Assembly: GCA_030704615.1 (NCBI GenBank)
Contig: CM060734.1
Location: 1,922,001-1,986,000, forward strand
DNA length: 64,000 bases
Origin: Takakia lepidozioides
Lineage: Eukaryota > Plantae > Bryophyta
Direction: 5' to 3'
Shown here: piece by piece, positions 21,957 through 32,380 of the stretch
Numbering within the stretch: position 1 is the stretch's first letter
Layout: each line of letters starts with the position of its first letter
Notes under the pieces: generated by a model
Databases searched by the model: none
What the model was told of the DNA's origin: nothing
Seen by the model: only the letters and a program-made list of their open reading frames with translations
Made by a program: the position numbers and the translations under genes

Positions 21957-24713
21957 CTATGTTGCAACCTCTTGAGCAGTACTCCCTGCCTGCTCAGTCA
22001 ATGACAAGGCCTCATCCTGCCCCATCATCTCATCCTTGAGGACCTCCTCAACCCGAGAAGAATCCCCAACCTCATCCATCACAGCCGCCTTGGCTGCCAA
22101 CTCCCTCTGAACCTCGAGCACCTCCCACGTGTGCCATGGATGCATGCACCCCGTGGTCCTCACATGCTCGCCCCCACTCACTGCCTGTACCGTCTCGGTA
22201 GGCAGAGAGACCATTGAGGGAAGTGTACTCCGCACTCTGCGTTGCTCAGCCAGAGCCAAGCTGATAATCCAGGTCAAGCAATTGAGATCCATTGCTTGCC
22301 CCAACACTTGACGACGTGATGCCTCAGAAAGAGACGACACCGCCGTGGTACCAGTGGTAAAACCCATTGCCCGCTCACGCTCGTCAGCATTAGGCTCCAC
22401 TAACTGCTGCAACTGAGCATCCCACAGGAGGCCAGGTCCACTATCCCGGAAAGCATGCGATCCTGGGAAGCTGAGCAGTGTAGGTAATGCTGCTCGTGGT
22501 TGACCCACCTTGTTGACCACTGCCAAAGGCGAACGGTCATCGTGTCTCACACGCTGAGACTGCCTCCCTGTGTCCAGAATGTTATCCACTGTGAGATGTG
22601 CTGGCCGCTGCACCCCATCAAATGCACGCTTGAGCAGTGCGGGTGGCATCAAGTTAGTCCACCATAGCCGTGGACGATGAGCCCGTGACCCCACTGTAGC
22701 TGCATCTAGCAACACTGCTGACCCAAGCCACGACCGGACTTGATGCACACTGGCCATCACCCTGGCCCGAGAATCGCCCATCAGTGGCACATTCTCCAAG
22801 ATGTATGCTGGAGATACAGCTTGATGAAGCTGCAAGTGGCGCAAAACCCGCACCATCTCCCAAAACAGACCCGACCTCGAGTCTCGCAATCCATTGCCAT
22901 GCCCGGCTGATGAATGCCCTTGGCAGGGCCAACCTGCCACTACCAGATCAATGGAGCCAACCCGCTCCAAATCCTGCGCCCCCAGCAACGAAATGTCTGC
23001 TGGCAAGGCCTGCTGATATCCACGAATTGCAGACACCGACAACAACTCAGGGTACCGCTGCACCAACTGAGCAACATGGCGAAGTGAAACGCGTCGTGCA
23101 GTCTCATCCCTCTCCACATACAGGTAACGCCGAACTCGTACACCTGCTTGTAACACAGCAGCCAATCCGGTGCTGATCCCGCCAAACAAGTCCAGAAGAC
23201 AAATGCCTTCATCCGGATACTGCCACACAATAGGTGTGGTGTCCAATGGAGACAATTGAGGTGGTCCTGGTGCAATCCCCACACTCTCCTCCTCTCCTGA
23301 CGGTACAAAAGCCTCCACCCAGGCTTGTTGCACCCGTCGATCAGCATCCCGCTGCAAATCCTTGCTCGTGCCCCACAATGGAGTCTGAGCAACCATGGTA
23401 GGCAACTCCGCCATACCATACATGTCATCCTGCTCTCCCGGAGGTGGTACATCCTCTGAATGAGCATTGCCCTCAAGCAACTCTCTAGGCCAACTCACTG
23501 CCGCTGTGAATGCTGCTAGTGTCGGCATCTTGCCTCGCTGGGCAACCGCAACTCCTCCTATGAACGTCACAGGGAGCTGCACACGCCGGCCCTCCCCTGA
23601 CTGCCATGCAGGCCTATAGGAAGCTGACTCCTCCCAAAAATCCAGGGTGAAGCCCATGGGGTACAACACTGCCCCACCAACCAGGACATCGTATGAGACT
23701 GCGTCTGTCACAATGGCCTTGGCTCGCATCACTGAGCCATCTGTAGGGTGATCCGGCCGTAGTCTGATAGCCAACTCACGCCGTGTCATGCCCCGAGCCT
23801 GCTCCGATCCTCCCAGAGACGTCTGTATCTGGAAAGGACAAGGCTCCATATCCGCCTCCGTGAGGCCCAAGCCTGCAATAGCAGCTCTGCCCAGCATCAA
23901 TGGCTGAGCTCCCGAGTCCAACAAGACCCGCAGTGGCCGGTACCTCTTGCCTGCCGGTCCACTCAAACAGAAAATGTCATCCTGGTTGTCTAACATGACA
24001 ACTCCAGGTGTCACCATGGCGCGCTCAATGGCTGGCCTAGCTGGCAGCTCCATCAACCTGGCAGCTGCAGCTTGCCATGGCGCCGCCGTGGCAGTCTTGA
24101 CCCTCAAATCCGAGGATCCCTCCGGCACTACACCTCCCACTATCTCCGCAGAAGATGAAGTAACCTCCCCACTCTCACAGAGTGTAGCTGCCAGCCTGAA
24201 CACCTCAGCTGGTCTTACCCCCGGCGTCGCAATCATGGTAGCCGAGAACAATGGAGCCTGGCACACAGATGTGGCCGCTCCTAGCAGCACACTAGCTGCC
24301 GTAGCCTTGGCAACACTAGGTAGTGGTGCTACCCGTGTAGCTCTCCCCAATGGCATAGTAACCTCCGCCTCGGTAACAGTCGGGCGAGAACTAGGTGCCA
24401 TGGATGGCGTCGACACTGTCTCCGCCAATGTGAATGACTGAGGAAGCCTAGCCTGACGGCTTGCCTCCCCACGCTGTGGATCCAACTCCACCTCTGCACC
24501 TCGTGGCTCAGGAACTCGTGCTGCTCCTCGAGTCACGGCTGCAGCAGACTCCACCTGCACTAGTGGTAGTGCTGCTCCACACATGAATCCCATGCCTCCC
24601 ATATCTCCTCCCTCAGGAGCAGGAGGTGGACCATCCGGCCTTAGAGCCGGTACCACCTGAGCTGTAGCCATGGCAGCGAGCCTCTGCTCTAGCTGCTGAA
24701 GCCGGTTGGCCAT
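21957..24713 (-). CDS. B aspartic protease plus C5 cytosine DNA methyltransferase (DNMT3-like domain ~22260-23210)
   Basis: Protease LLDSGAQ. DNMT motifs: I LDLFGGIS, II VERD, III ADI, IV AGWPCQGHS, VI LENV, VIII AHRPRLWWTNL, IX ERERAMGF, X RRQVLGQAM. Confidence 0.93.
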   Translation of the reverse strand: MANRLQQLEQRLAAMATAQVVPALRPDGPPPAPEGGDMGGMGFMCGAALPLVQVESAAAVTRGAARVPEPRGAEVELDPQRGEASRQARLPQSFTLAETVSTPSMAPSSRPTVTEAEVTMPLGRATRVAPLPSVAKATAASVLLGAATSVCQAPLFSATMIATPGVRPAEVFRLAATLCESGEVTSSSAEIVGGVVPEGSSDLRVKTATAAPWQAAAARLMELPARPAIERAMVTPGVVMLDNQDDIFCLSGPAGKRYRPLRVLLDSGAQPLMLGRAAIAGLGLTEADMEPCPFQIQTSLGGSEQARGMTRRELAIRLRPDHPTDGSVMRAKAIVTDAVSYDVLVGGAVLYPMGFTLDFWEESASYRPAWQSGEGRRVQLPVTFIGGVAVAQRGKMPTLAAFTAAVSWPRELLEGNAHSEDVPPPGEQDDMYGMAELPTMVAQTPLWGTSKDLQRDADRRVQQAWVEAFVPSGEEESVGIAPGPPQLSPLDTTPIVWQYPDEGICLLDLFGGISTGLAAVLQAGVRVRRYLYVERDETARRVSLRHVAQLVQRYPELLSVSAIRGYQQALPADISLLGAQDLERVGSIDLVVAGWPCQGHSSAGHGNGLRDSRSGLFWEMVRVLRHLQLHQAVSPAYILENVPLMGDSRARVMASVHQVRSWLGSAVLLDAATVGSRAHRPRLWWTNLMPPALLKRAFDGVQRPAHLTVDNILDTGRQSQRVRHDDRSPLAVVNKVGQPRAALPTLLSFPGSHAFRDSGPGLLWDAQLQQLVEPNADERERAMGFTTGTTAVSSLSEASRRQVLGQAMDLNCLTWIISLALAEQRRVRSTLPSMVSLPTETVQAVSGGEHVRTTGCMHPWHTWEVLEVQRELAAKAAVMDEVGDSSRVEEVLKDEMMGQDEALSLTEQAGSTAQEVAT

Positions 24714-26127
24714 GCCTTGGTCAACACCCTGACCTCCGCGTCCTTGGCCACGTTGAGCTTGCCCTTGGCCTCGTGGCTGGCCACCTCGTCCTCTCTGGGC
24801 TGCTCCACCTCGCCCCGGCCACCATTGTTCCCTTGGAACTGGCCTGGGCGCAACTCAGGATGCAAACCATAACACTGGGCCTCTCCATGCCCGTGCTTGC
24901 CACAATGCCCACACTGCAACTGTGCAGGCTGTGCATGTGCCGACCCTTTGCCTCCCTCTGGGCAATCCTTCTTGACATGGGGTCCTCCACATGTCCAGCA
25001 CACCACATCCGCCCGTTGTTGGCCAGCAAATGAAGGGAGAGACCCCTGCATCTGAGGTCCTCTCTGCCCTTCCCTGAGCTTCACCTGAGCCCCCTTGTTG
25101 CCTTGAGCACGTTGAGGTAGTGGTTGGCTAGGAGCACCACTACCCCGTGGTGTCTCCTTAGCAAATCCCACCATGACCACTCGTTCCTCCACCATGTTGA
25201 GCTCTATCCGCTCTGCCAGCAAAAACACATTTGCTAAGGTGGGTTGGGCCGCTTGTAGGAGAGTTGCATCCCGCACCCTTCTCCTCAGCTCCTTGTCCAA
25301 TATCCCATACCAGAATTGGACTGCCTGAGCTTCCGTAACCCCTTGGGTTACATTTATCAAGCGCCTCATGCGAGTGAAAGCCTCCCTCAAGCTCTCGGTC
25401 GGCTTCCGTTGGAACTCTTGCAAGCTCCGCAACTTCTCTGTCCTCACCCCTTGGTAGTTCCCTCTCAACTCTTCGAAGAACTCCACAACAGGGTTGAAGG
25501 CAGGCACGGGTGCTAGTGCTGGTGCGGTAGTGGCTTGGGTGGACGTCGTAGCTACTGTACCACCAGTCCCACTAGTTCCACTGCTACTTGCTGAAGCTGC
25601 CGGTGCAGCGGCAGGTGTAGCCACTGCCCTCGTGGCTCTAGTGCCCCTAGTGATGGAGACATAGTCGGGTGACAAGTACATCCTCCACTCCTCGATCTCA
25701 ACCTCATGCCCCCACCTGAACTCATGGTAATCATCCATAGGCGGCCCCTCAAGGTGCTGAAACAGCCCTTTCCATGCCATGAACGGCGTAAATAGTTGTG
25801 GATTGCGCATTTGCTGCAAATCACACCAACTATCAAACTCTTGGATAAAATCATCCAACTCGATGGTGCCCACCCCCAGAGTACCTTCGTGGCCCTTGGT
25901 AGCTCCATACATCTCCTCCATTGTGTCCCACAACAATGACAAGAAACAACTTGCACCGCCGGTATGAGTCCTCCTGATTCACAATCCGAATCAGAACCTT
26001 CCGTGGAAGACACAGGAGGTGAAGGTGGCCTAAACCGCACACCTCGTCTCGTGTACCCACTAGTATCGCTAGTGCTCGAACCGGCACTGTCCCCAGCAAC
26101 TAGTGGCACCTCCGTGTTAACACTCAA
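24689..26127 (-). CDS. gag: B gag (two Zn knuckles, RGG-rich tail; 1-nt frameshifts near 24820 and 25940)
   Basis: LQEFQRKPTESLREAFTRMRRL, CWTCGGPHVKKDC, CGHCGKHGHGEAQC. A shifted frame RGGAAQRGRGGQPRGQG... runs into MANRLQQLE. Confidence 0.8.
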
Positions 26128-26504
26128 CCAGTCATGAACATGTCCCTAACCCCCTCTTCACAAGGTAACCGGGTAGAGAACCTGTTGCGGCTTATGGTTT
26201 GGAATACTAAGTTCCTAACATAGCCTACACCTGTACCTGCATCCACCGCAAGCACTCCTATGGTTGGCTGGTCATCACCTCCAACCTCACCACAGGAGAA
26301 ACAATGATGGTCTGGCTGGTCATCACCCCAGCCTCACCATCGACAGCATGCTCTAGGACTGGCCGGTGATCAAATCCGGACAATCACCTATAAAAACAAG
26401 CGCCCACACAAAACTAGCATGGCGCACAGTCAAGCATGCAGGTATGGAGGGGATCCAAACACAAGAAATCAGAACGACAACTCCCCCACACCAAAGGCCC
26501 CAAA

Positions 26505-26965
26505 GGCCCCACAGCCCCAAAGGCCTCAGGCACGGCCTGTCACAGCCTCTCACAGCCCATCACAGCCCCAAAGGCCATGGGCACAGCCTGTCACAGCCCG
26601 TCACAGCCCCACAGGCCACTGGGCACAGCCTGTCACAGCCCCGCCACAGCCCATCACAGCCCCACAGGCCACTGGGCACAGCCTGTCAAAGCCCCTCACA
26701 GCCAGTCACAGCCCCACAGGCCTCAGGCACGGCCTGACACACAGCACAAGCCCTCACAGCCCGTCACAGCCCCAAAGGCCTCAGGCACGGCCTGTCACAG
26801 CCCCTCACAGCCCGTCACAGCCCCACAGGCCTCAGGCACGGCTTGTCACAGCCCTCACAGCCCCTCACAGCCTCAAAGGCCTCAGGCACGGCCTGTCACA
26901 GCCCGCACAGCCCGTCACAGCCCCACAGGCCACCGGGCACAGCCTGTCACAGCACAGCCCATAGC
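26505..26965. repeat. TCACAGCCC-based minisatellite in the B leader
   Basis: Dozens of cacagcc/tcacagccc units with a higher-order aggcc..ggcac.gcctg structure. Confidence 0.9.
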
Positions 26966-27459
26966 CCATCCATGGCCGCTCTGGCCGTTTAGCCATTTCT
27001 CCAAGGGGTTTAGCCACGCCAAGCTAGGGTTTGTGTCTCTTGGACTCTAGGCTTCTTTCCACCGAGCTATGGCGGCTGTGAGGAAATCAGCAAGGTATTC
27101 TTGCTCTTTCGACTCCCACACACCACCATAGTAGCCCTAAGCCATGAGGTGGTTGCCACAAACCAAGCCTTCTTTCTCACTTAGCCTCCCCAAACACGCC
27201 ACTAAACTCAATGGCAAACAACCAAGCCCTGCTGGTTCCCAGCCCTTGTGAGCACTCATTCAAGCACTCTCCTTGGCCATAACATCTATCTTAGAGCCTA
27301 TTCCAGCCCCCTACACCTGCTGCTTCAAGAGTTGCGCTCCCTTCAAGCTTGAAGTTGAAACCCCAACTCACATAGGCCCTACAAGTGCTTTTCTTTCACT
27401 CCAAGTGGAAACCAGCCCTAGACCTTCCGTTCTAGCTCTCTAAAGCTTGAAAACAAGAG

Positions 27460-27800
27460 CCTCAATGGGCTGAAGGCATGCTCCACACATGCCCCACTCT
27501 CACCATAAGAGAATCAGCTCCTTTGCTTCATTTCTTGCACCCACAAACCTGAAAATACAAGCTTCAGCAGGCTGAAAGCATGCTCCACATGCCCTACAGG
27601 GAAACCAGCCCTTCCTTCCTTTCTTGCACTCCCACACCTGAAAGTGCAAGCCTTCACCAGGCTGATAGCATGCTCCACACATGCATTGCCCTCACATAAA
27701 GGGAAGTCAGCCCTTCCCTCTTCCTTGCTTGCCCTCCAAGCTTGAAGATGGAAGCTTCAATGAGCTGAATACATGCTCCACACATGCAACCTCTTCACAC
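27460..27800. repeat. Four ~95-100-bp degenerate repeats in the B leader
   Basis: gctga..gcatgctccacacatgc at about 27470, 27572, 27662 and 27763. Confidence 0.7.
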
Positions 27801-28981
27801 AAGAGATATCAGCCCCCTATCTTGGCTCCTTGGCTCCTTGATGCTCTCTAAGACAAGACTAAGCACTCCATAGCCTTTGCCAAGCTCCTGAAACCCTAAG
27901 GCTTACATTTCCAGCCACAAGACACTTCTCTTGTGGTGCAAGAGCTCTTCTTCCAAGCTCTGAAACCCTAGGTGCACATTCCATGGCCTTGCCGCACCTC
28001 TTAGCTCTGTTCCAGCCCTGCTCTTGCCATGACAAGAGCCCTCTCAATGCTGAAGCTCGAGATTGAAACCCAATCTCACCATACTCCACAAAGTGCACTG
28101 ATTTGCCCCAAGCCAAATCAGCCCTTTCGCTTGGTCTTGCAATTCTTCACACAATGAAAGCTCGCATTCCCAAGTCCAGTTCTCAGCTTTGCCACCAAAG
28201 CCACTATAACCTGCTCTTGACTGGTCCTCTTCCCAATCGTGCTTGCTCATGCATGTACACAATCTGAAACCATCAAGGTGCTCTGGAATTACCTGCAGCA
28301 TGGTGCTTTCATCTCTGAAGCTGAAGATCGAATGCCAAGGTCTACCACCTCGTAACCCACATCGCCTCCGCTTCTAACAACCAAGAGCTCCACGGTGCTC
28401 CTTGCATAACAACTTGGTTTCTCTCATTCTCAAGCAAAAACCACAAGTGCTACAACTAACTCGTATCTGGCACTCACAGATACGAGCTGATCTTTCTCGA
28501 GTGATAAAGAAGAAGAATACAAGCACGAGCTCACAAATCTGAAGCATAAACTCATGCATATATAACCTCATCACTCAAATACAAGTCAAGCCAAGTGCAC
28601 CCCACGCCATGGGGAATCCACACTACGGCGCCATAGCTAGGCGCGGTGAGGCTCAACTCGAGAAAGATGAGCCTTCCGCGCTTGCCGTGAAGATAACCAC
28701 TCCAGGGCCTAAATCTGCCTTGACCCCTGGATTGACACTTGGGCCAATCCCAAATGTCAATATGTAAAAGCTAGCTATTTCCTAGCTAGTTTCACACTAG
28801 TGGTAAAATAACTTGACAAATACAAGTTTTTGCAATCGGATTCCTGAGCTAGCTAAGCCGGGCTAAGCATGCATTTCCTCCCCCACGATCCAAGGTTGAT
28901 GTCCCCATCAACACTTCTTCTGCTTTTGAGGTCGTCCTTCGAAAGCTGCAACCGCCTCGGATGTGTTCCCCATTTTTGAGG

Positions 28982-29481
28982 TAGGACTCACCATGGGGCG
29001 GAGACCTTGTGGTGGGAGTCGTGGGGAGTTTTGGGACTCATCACGGTCCAATGGGGCCGTGGTGGGTGGGCCAAGACTCACCACGATTCATCGTCAGGAA
29101 TTGAGGGTCTTCGTGGTGGTTCGCCATAAAATGGCATGGTTGTTTGTGAAACCCCCGCGAACAATCACAGAAGTATATATAGGGAGTAGTAACCCCGAGA
29201 ACGGTGCAAGCCCATTGGTGACCAAAAACTAGTGAGTAAGCGAGCGAGCCGGAAAGCGACCAAGGAGTGGGGAGCTATTCCGGACTGCCATCTACCAAAG
29301 GGAATTTCCACTAGGCCTAAATTGGTGGAGGGTCTGGTGGGAGAGTAAAGGGGGACCGTTATGTCCCGGTGAGCAACCGAAGCTCCAAGTTGGCCCGGCG
29401 GCCAGGTTGGAAGTTAGGTGTGCGCATCAAATTGAGTAACTATGACTTGAAGGGGAACTTACCGAAGTGAGGTGTGCGATA
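28982..29481 (+). repeat. Remainder of the A 3' LTR
   Basis: Matches 12392-12891; ends GCGATA (mutated GACA) followed by the TSD. Confidence 0.9.
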
Positions 29482-29486
29482 GGCGG

Positions 29487-31100
29487 GGTCAGCAGGGGGG
29501 GCCATGAAGGCACGGCAGGCAGAGAGGGTGTTGAGGCTGATGATGCGGGGGTCAGACCTCCAGTTATTGTAAAGTGAGGGTAGTGACGAGTTGGGTACGA
29601 TAGTGAGGGCTCGACGAACAGTATGGTAAATATTGAGGTGGGAGGTCCAAGCACGTTTTTGTGATCTAGTAAGATAACTACCATTTTGTTTGGAGCGGGT
29701 GGTTTGAGGAATGTAAGAGGGGGGGGGGGGGGGGTAGAACATGTGGCAGTGACGCTATTTGTCATTTCTTGTATTAAGGATGATAGTGTGCACTCTGCAT
29801 CATGCCAAGTGGCATCAGGAGAGTGTGATATGTTAGTGTCAGAAAGGATGTGTGAGAGTTTAAGCGTGAGGATCGAGGCAGTTGGATGGAAGTGATTTTG
29901 GAATGCAACAATGTTTTGTTGTGGTAGCGGGGAGAGGATCCAGGGCTGCGGGGTGGAGGTTGGGGCTAGTGGGATTGGTCGGATAGGAATGAGGGATGAG
30001 GGAAGGGACACGGATACCGGGTAATGGTCAGAGTTACATAGATTGTCAGTGTGGATGTGGCTCATGAGGTACGTAGGGATTTGATTGCGTGTCCCGAGGT
30101 AGAAACCGTCAATAAGGCTTAAAGAAGAGTAGTGTAGCCCACCCTGTCGTGAGTAGTGGTGGTCTGCAGGGATGTAGGAGAATTGATGTTGTTGTATAAA
30201 TGTAGCCCAATCGTGGTCTAGTGGGGTTGGGGATTTGTGTAGACCATTGAATGTGTGTCCGAGTAGGGCAATGTCACGGTTGAAGTCGCCTGCTAGTATG
30301 CAGCGATAGTGTTGATATTCAGGGTGGGAGACAACGTTAGAGATAGTGTGTAATATGTCCGGTATCAGAGCTAGGTCTTCAGTGTGTGAGGGCATATATA
30401 GGTGGATTAAGGTAATGGGGTTAAGGGCGGGTAGGTGGATTTGGATGATCTGTAGATAAGAACGGAGGGGGATAGGTACGGATATTTGTGTAGTGCTGGG
30501 GGAGTGGTGTGTGCGGAGGATACCAAGTGCCACGCCACCATGAGTGGGACTATATGGGGCAGAGCGACGTTGGAGGCATTGTTGTGCGGTTAGGGGGGGG
30601 CCGTACAGGAGGTAGTAATCTGGCAAGAGTTTGTTGATATATGAGCTGTTCGAGTTGTTGGTGTGTAGTTTGGTTTCTTGTAAGAGAATACTGTGAGGAG
30701 GCATGGAGTCTGTGAGGAGGTGAATTAAGCTTTGGATGATTGAGGCTAGGGAGCCGACGTTCCAGGTAGTAATGTTAAGAGTGTGTGAGCATATGTCGGA
30801 GGGGTTAAGGGGATGACTAGGTGAGGTGTCCGGTGTGGGGAATTGAGGTTGGGTTGGGGGTGGAGAAGGTTGCGGGGGTATAGGGGCAGGTGGAGGTTGG
30901 TACTATTTGGGCAGAAGTAGAGTGCATATTTGTCCTGTTGGTCGGCTGGCAGTTGCCTAGTGATGTCATCTATGGAGGTAAGACCTGGATTGGGGTGGAT
31001 GTCTCCCCACCTGAGCAAGGTGAGAGTGATACAGAGGTTGCGGTACATGGTGTCAGGCGAGGGAGGATGGTGAAGTTGATGTTTGGATGTTACGGGGAGA
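29487..31100 (-). pseudogene. LINE ORF2 5' part: 2A-like peptide and APE endonuclease
   Basis: ITTWNVGSL (~30760), LLQETK, LAGDFN, SLIDGFY, SDHYPV; upstream LLRWGDIHPNPG. Confidence 0.88.
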
Positions 31101-31861
31101 TAGCGATAGCGCCCATGAGGGCAGTGGATAATGAGGTGATATTTTTTGAGTAATTCAGCGTGTGGTGTGGGAGGGTAGAAATGGTCGTGATGTGGTATAT
31201 TTATGCGGTTTGAAATGGTCTCAGAGGTGAGGGTGGAGCTAGTGTGTGGGAAGTGAGGGGTTGGTGTAATGGTAGATGAAAGAGGGGAGTGTCTGGTGTG
31301 GCGTGGAGAGCCCAATGGAAGTATTGTAACATTTGTGAGGGGGTGAAGACCACAAGTGGGAGCCATGCAGGGACGACCGTCCCACCATGCATGTGGTAGG
31401 GATTAATGGGGGGTAGGGTCAATTTCATGGGTCGGTGGTAAGGGTACGGTACATTTGGTGTGGGAATGGGAGCCAAATAGGAGGTCTTTAAGGGAGTGCT
31501 TGGTATGGTGTCCATGGTATATAAATAAAATGGTGGGGTTGGGTTGTTATGTAAGCTATAAATAAGTTGAGTGTTGTAAGTAAAAGTTACGGGTGCAGCA
31601 TAGTATCGAAGAGAGGTAGAAATTAATATGAAGCTGGGGGTTATGGGTAGAGTGGTGGTGTGAGTACTATAAAATATGGGGGTGAATATTTGAAGATGGT
31701 GACTACCTAGGATTAATGTGTATTGAGCAGTATTGGGAAGGGGAGTAAGAGCATTGCATAATTTGCAAGAAATTAGAATCAAACTATGAGCAGTGTTAAA
31801 TTTGTTCGGGATCAGGAGGGCCAAAGTATAAGTGATGTAGAACTGTTTTGAGGATAGCATC

Positions 31862-32019
31862 GATAATCACTTGAAAGAGAGCTGGAGAATGATGGATGAT
31901 AATCACTTGAAACAGAGCTGGAGAATGATGGATGACAATCACTTGAAAGGGAGCTGGAGAGTGATGGATGACAATCACTTGAAAGAGAGCTGGAGAATGA
32001 TGGATGATAATCACTTGAA
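31862..32019. repeat. 36-bp tandem repeat, ~4.4 copies
   Basis: Unit GATAATCACTTGAAAGAGAGCTGGAGAATGATGGAT. Confidence 0.92.
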
Positions 32020-32189
32020 GTCATAGTGCGACCCAGTGTTTATATTTCTGGTGAAATTTTGCACTTTTCGACCTCCTAGAAAAAATCAAATATTTTGTCG
32101 TAAATTCAGAGTTTGTAAAAGAGAGTGGTAATGTACCGCGTGATAAAATCCATGAGTGATAGTAAATGATGTGGATAGCAGTAAAGTGA

Positions 32190-32380
32190 GGTAGCATTTT
32201 CTTTTTCCCAGGGGTAACATTTTCCCAAGATAACATTTTTCCAAGGTAACATTTTCCCAAGGTAGCATTTTTTCAAGGTAACAATTTTCCCAACGTCGTA
32301 TTTTCCCAAGGTAACAATTTTCCCAAGGTAGCATTTTCCCAAGGTAACAATTTGCCAAGGTAGCATTTTGCCAAGGTAGC
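32190..32380. repeat. 16-17-bp tandem repeat, ~11 copies
   Basis: Unit GGTAACATTTTCCCAA. Confidence 0.9.

Larger units (their letters stand above)
18370..28818 (-). mobile_element. Element B: LTR-less Ty3/Gypsy-like element encoding a C5-DNMT and a PHD finger
   Basis: 4-bp TSD AATA at 18366-18369 and 28819-28822; removal restores the A 3' UTR. Termini TATC(=TGTC)...GACA. Both ends are homologous to the ends of B-prime but not to each other. Confidence 0.88.
17367..28981 (-). other. Inverted block of A (part of 3' LTR 17367-17583, PPT, 3' UTR, chromodomain end) containing element B
   Basis: 17367-18365 plus 28823-28981 are the reverse complement of the collinear A-prime sequence at about 45795-46970. 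The LTR resumes in + orientation at 28982. Confidence 0.88.
12160..29481 (+). mobile_element. Ty3/Gypsy chromovirus (family A), inserted in the LINE; 3' end inverted; hosts element B
   Basis: TSD GGCGG at 12155-12159 and 29482-29486. Removing the element rejoins the LINE frame (MAPPADPA|TLPSWIAALSK). LTR termini TGTCGCG...CGCGACA. Confidence 0.93.

Noticed and set aside
21957-24713. DNMT as bacterial contamination or a restriction-modification system
   Set aside because: It is fused in frame to a retroviral-type protease, lies inside TSD-bounded elements in two copies, and has no partner nuclease.
24810-24835. Programmed -1 frameshift between B gag and protease
   Set aside because: No proper X XXY YYZ heptamer (GGGAAC only). 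A 1-nt deletion in a G/C run is simpler, and the matching B-prime region is in the gap.
26366-27050. Long ORFs over the TCACAGCCC array (also 34420-34722)
   Set aside because: Open frames are a by-product of a stop-free minisatellite.
18370-28818. B as a DIRS/Ngaro element
   Set aside because: It encodes an HHCC+DDE integrase and has TSDs. I found no tyrosine recombinase, ITR or split direct repeats.
31862-32380. 36-bp and 16-bp repeats as a CRISPR array
   Set aside because: Head-to-tail units with no unique spacers, no cas genes, and a eukaryotic TE context.
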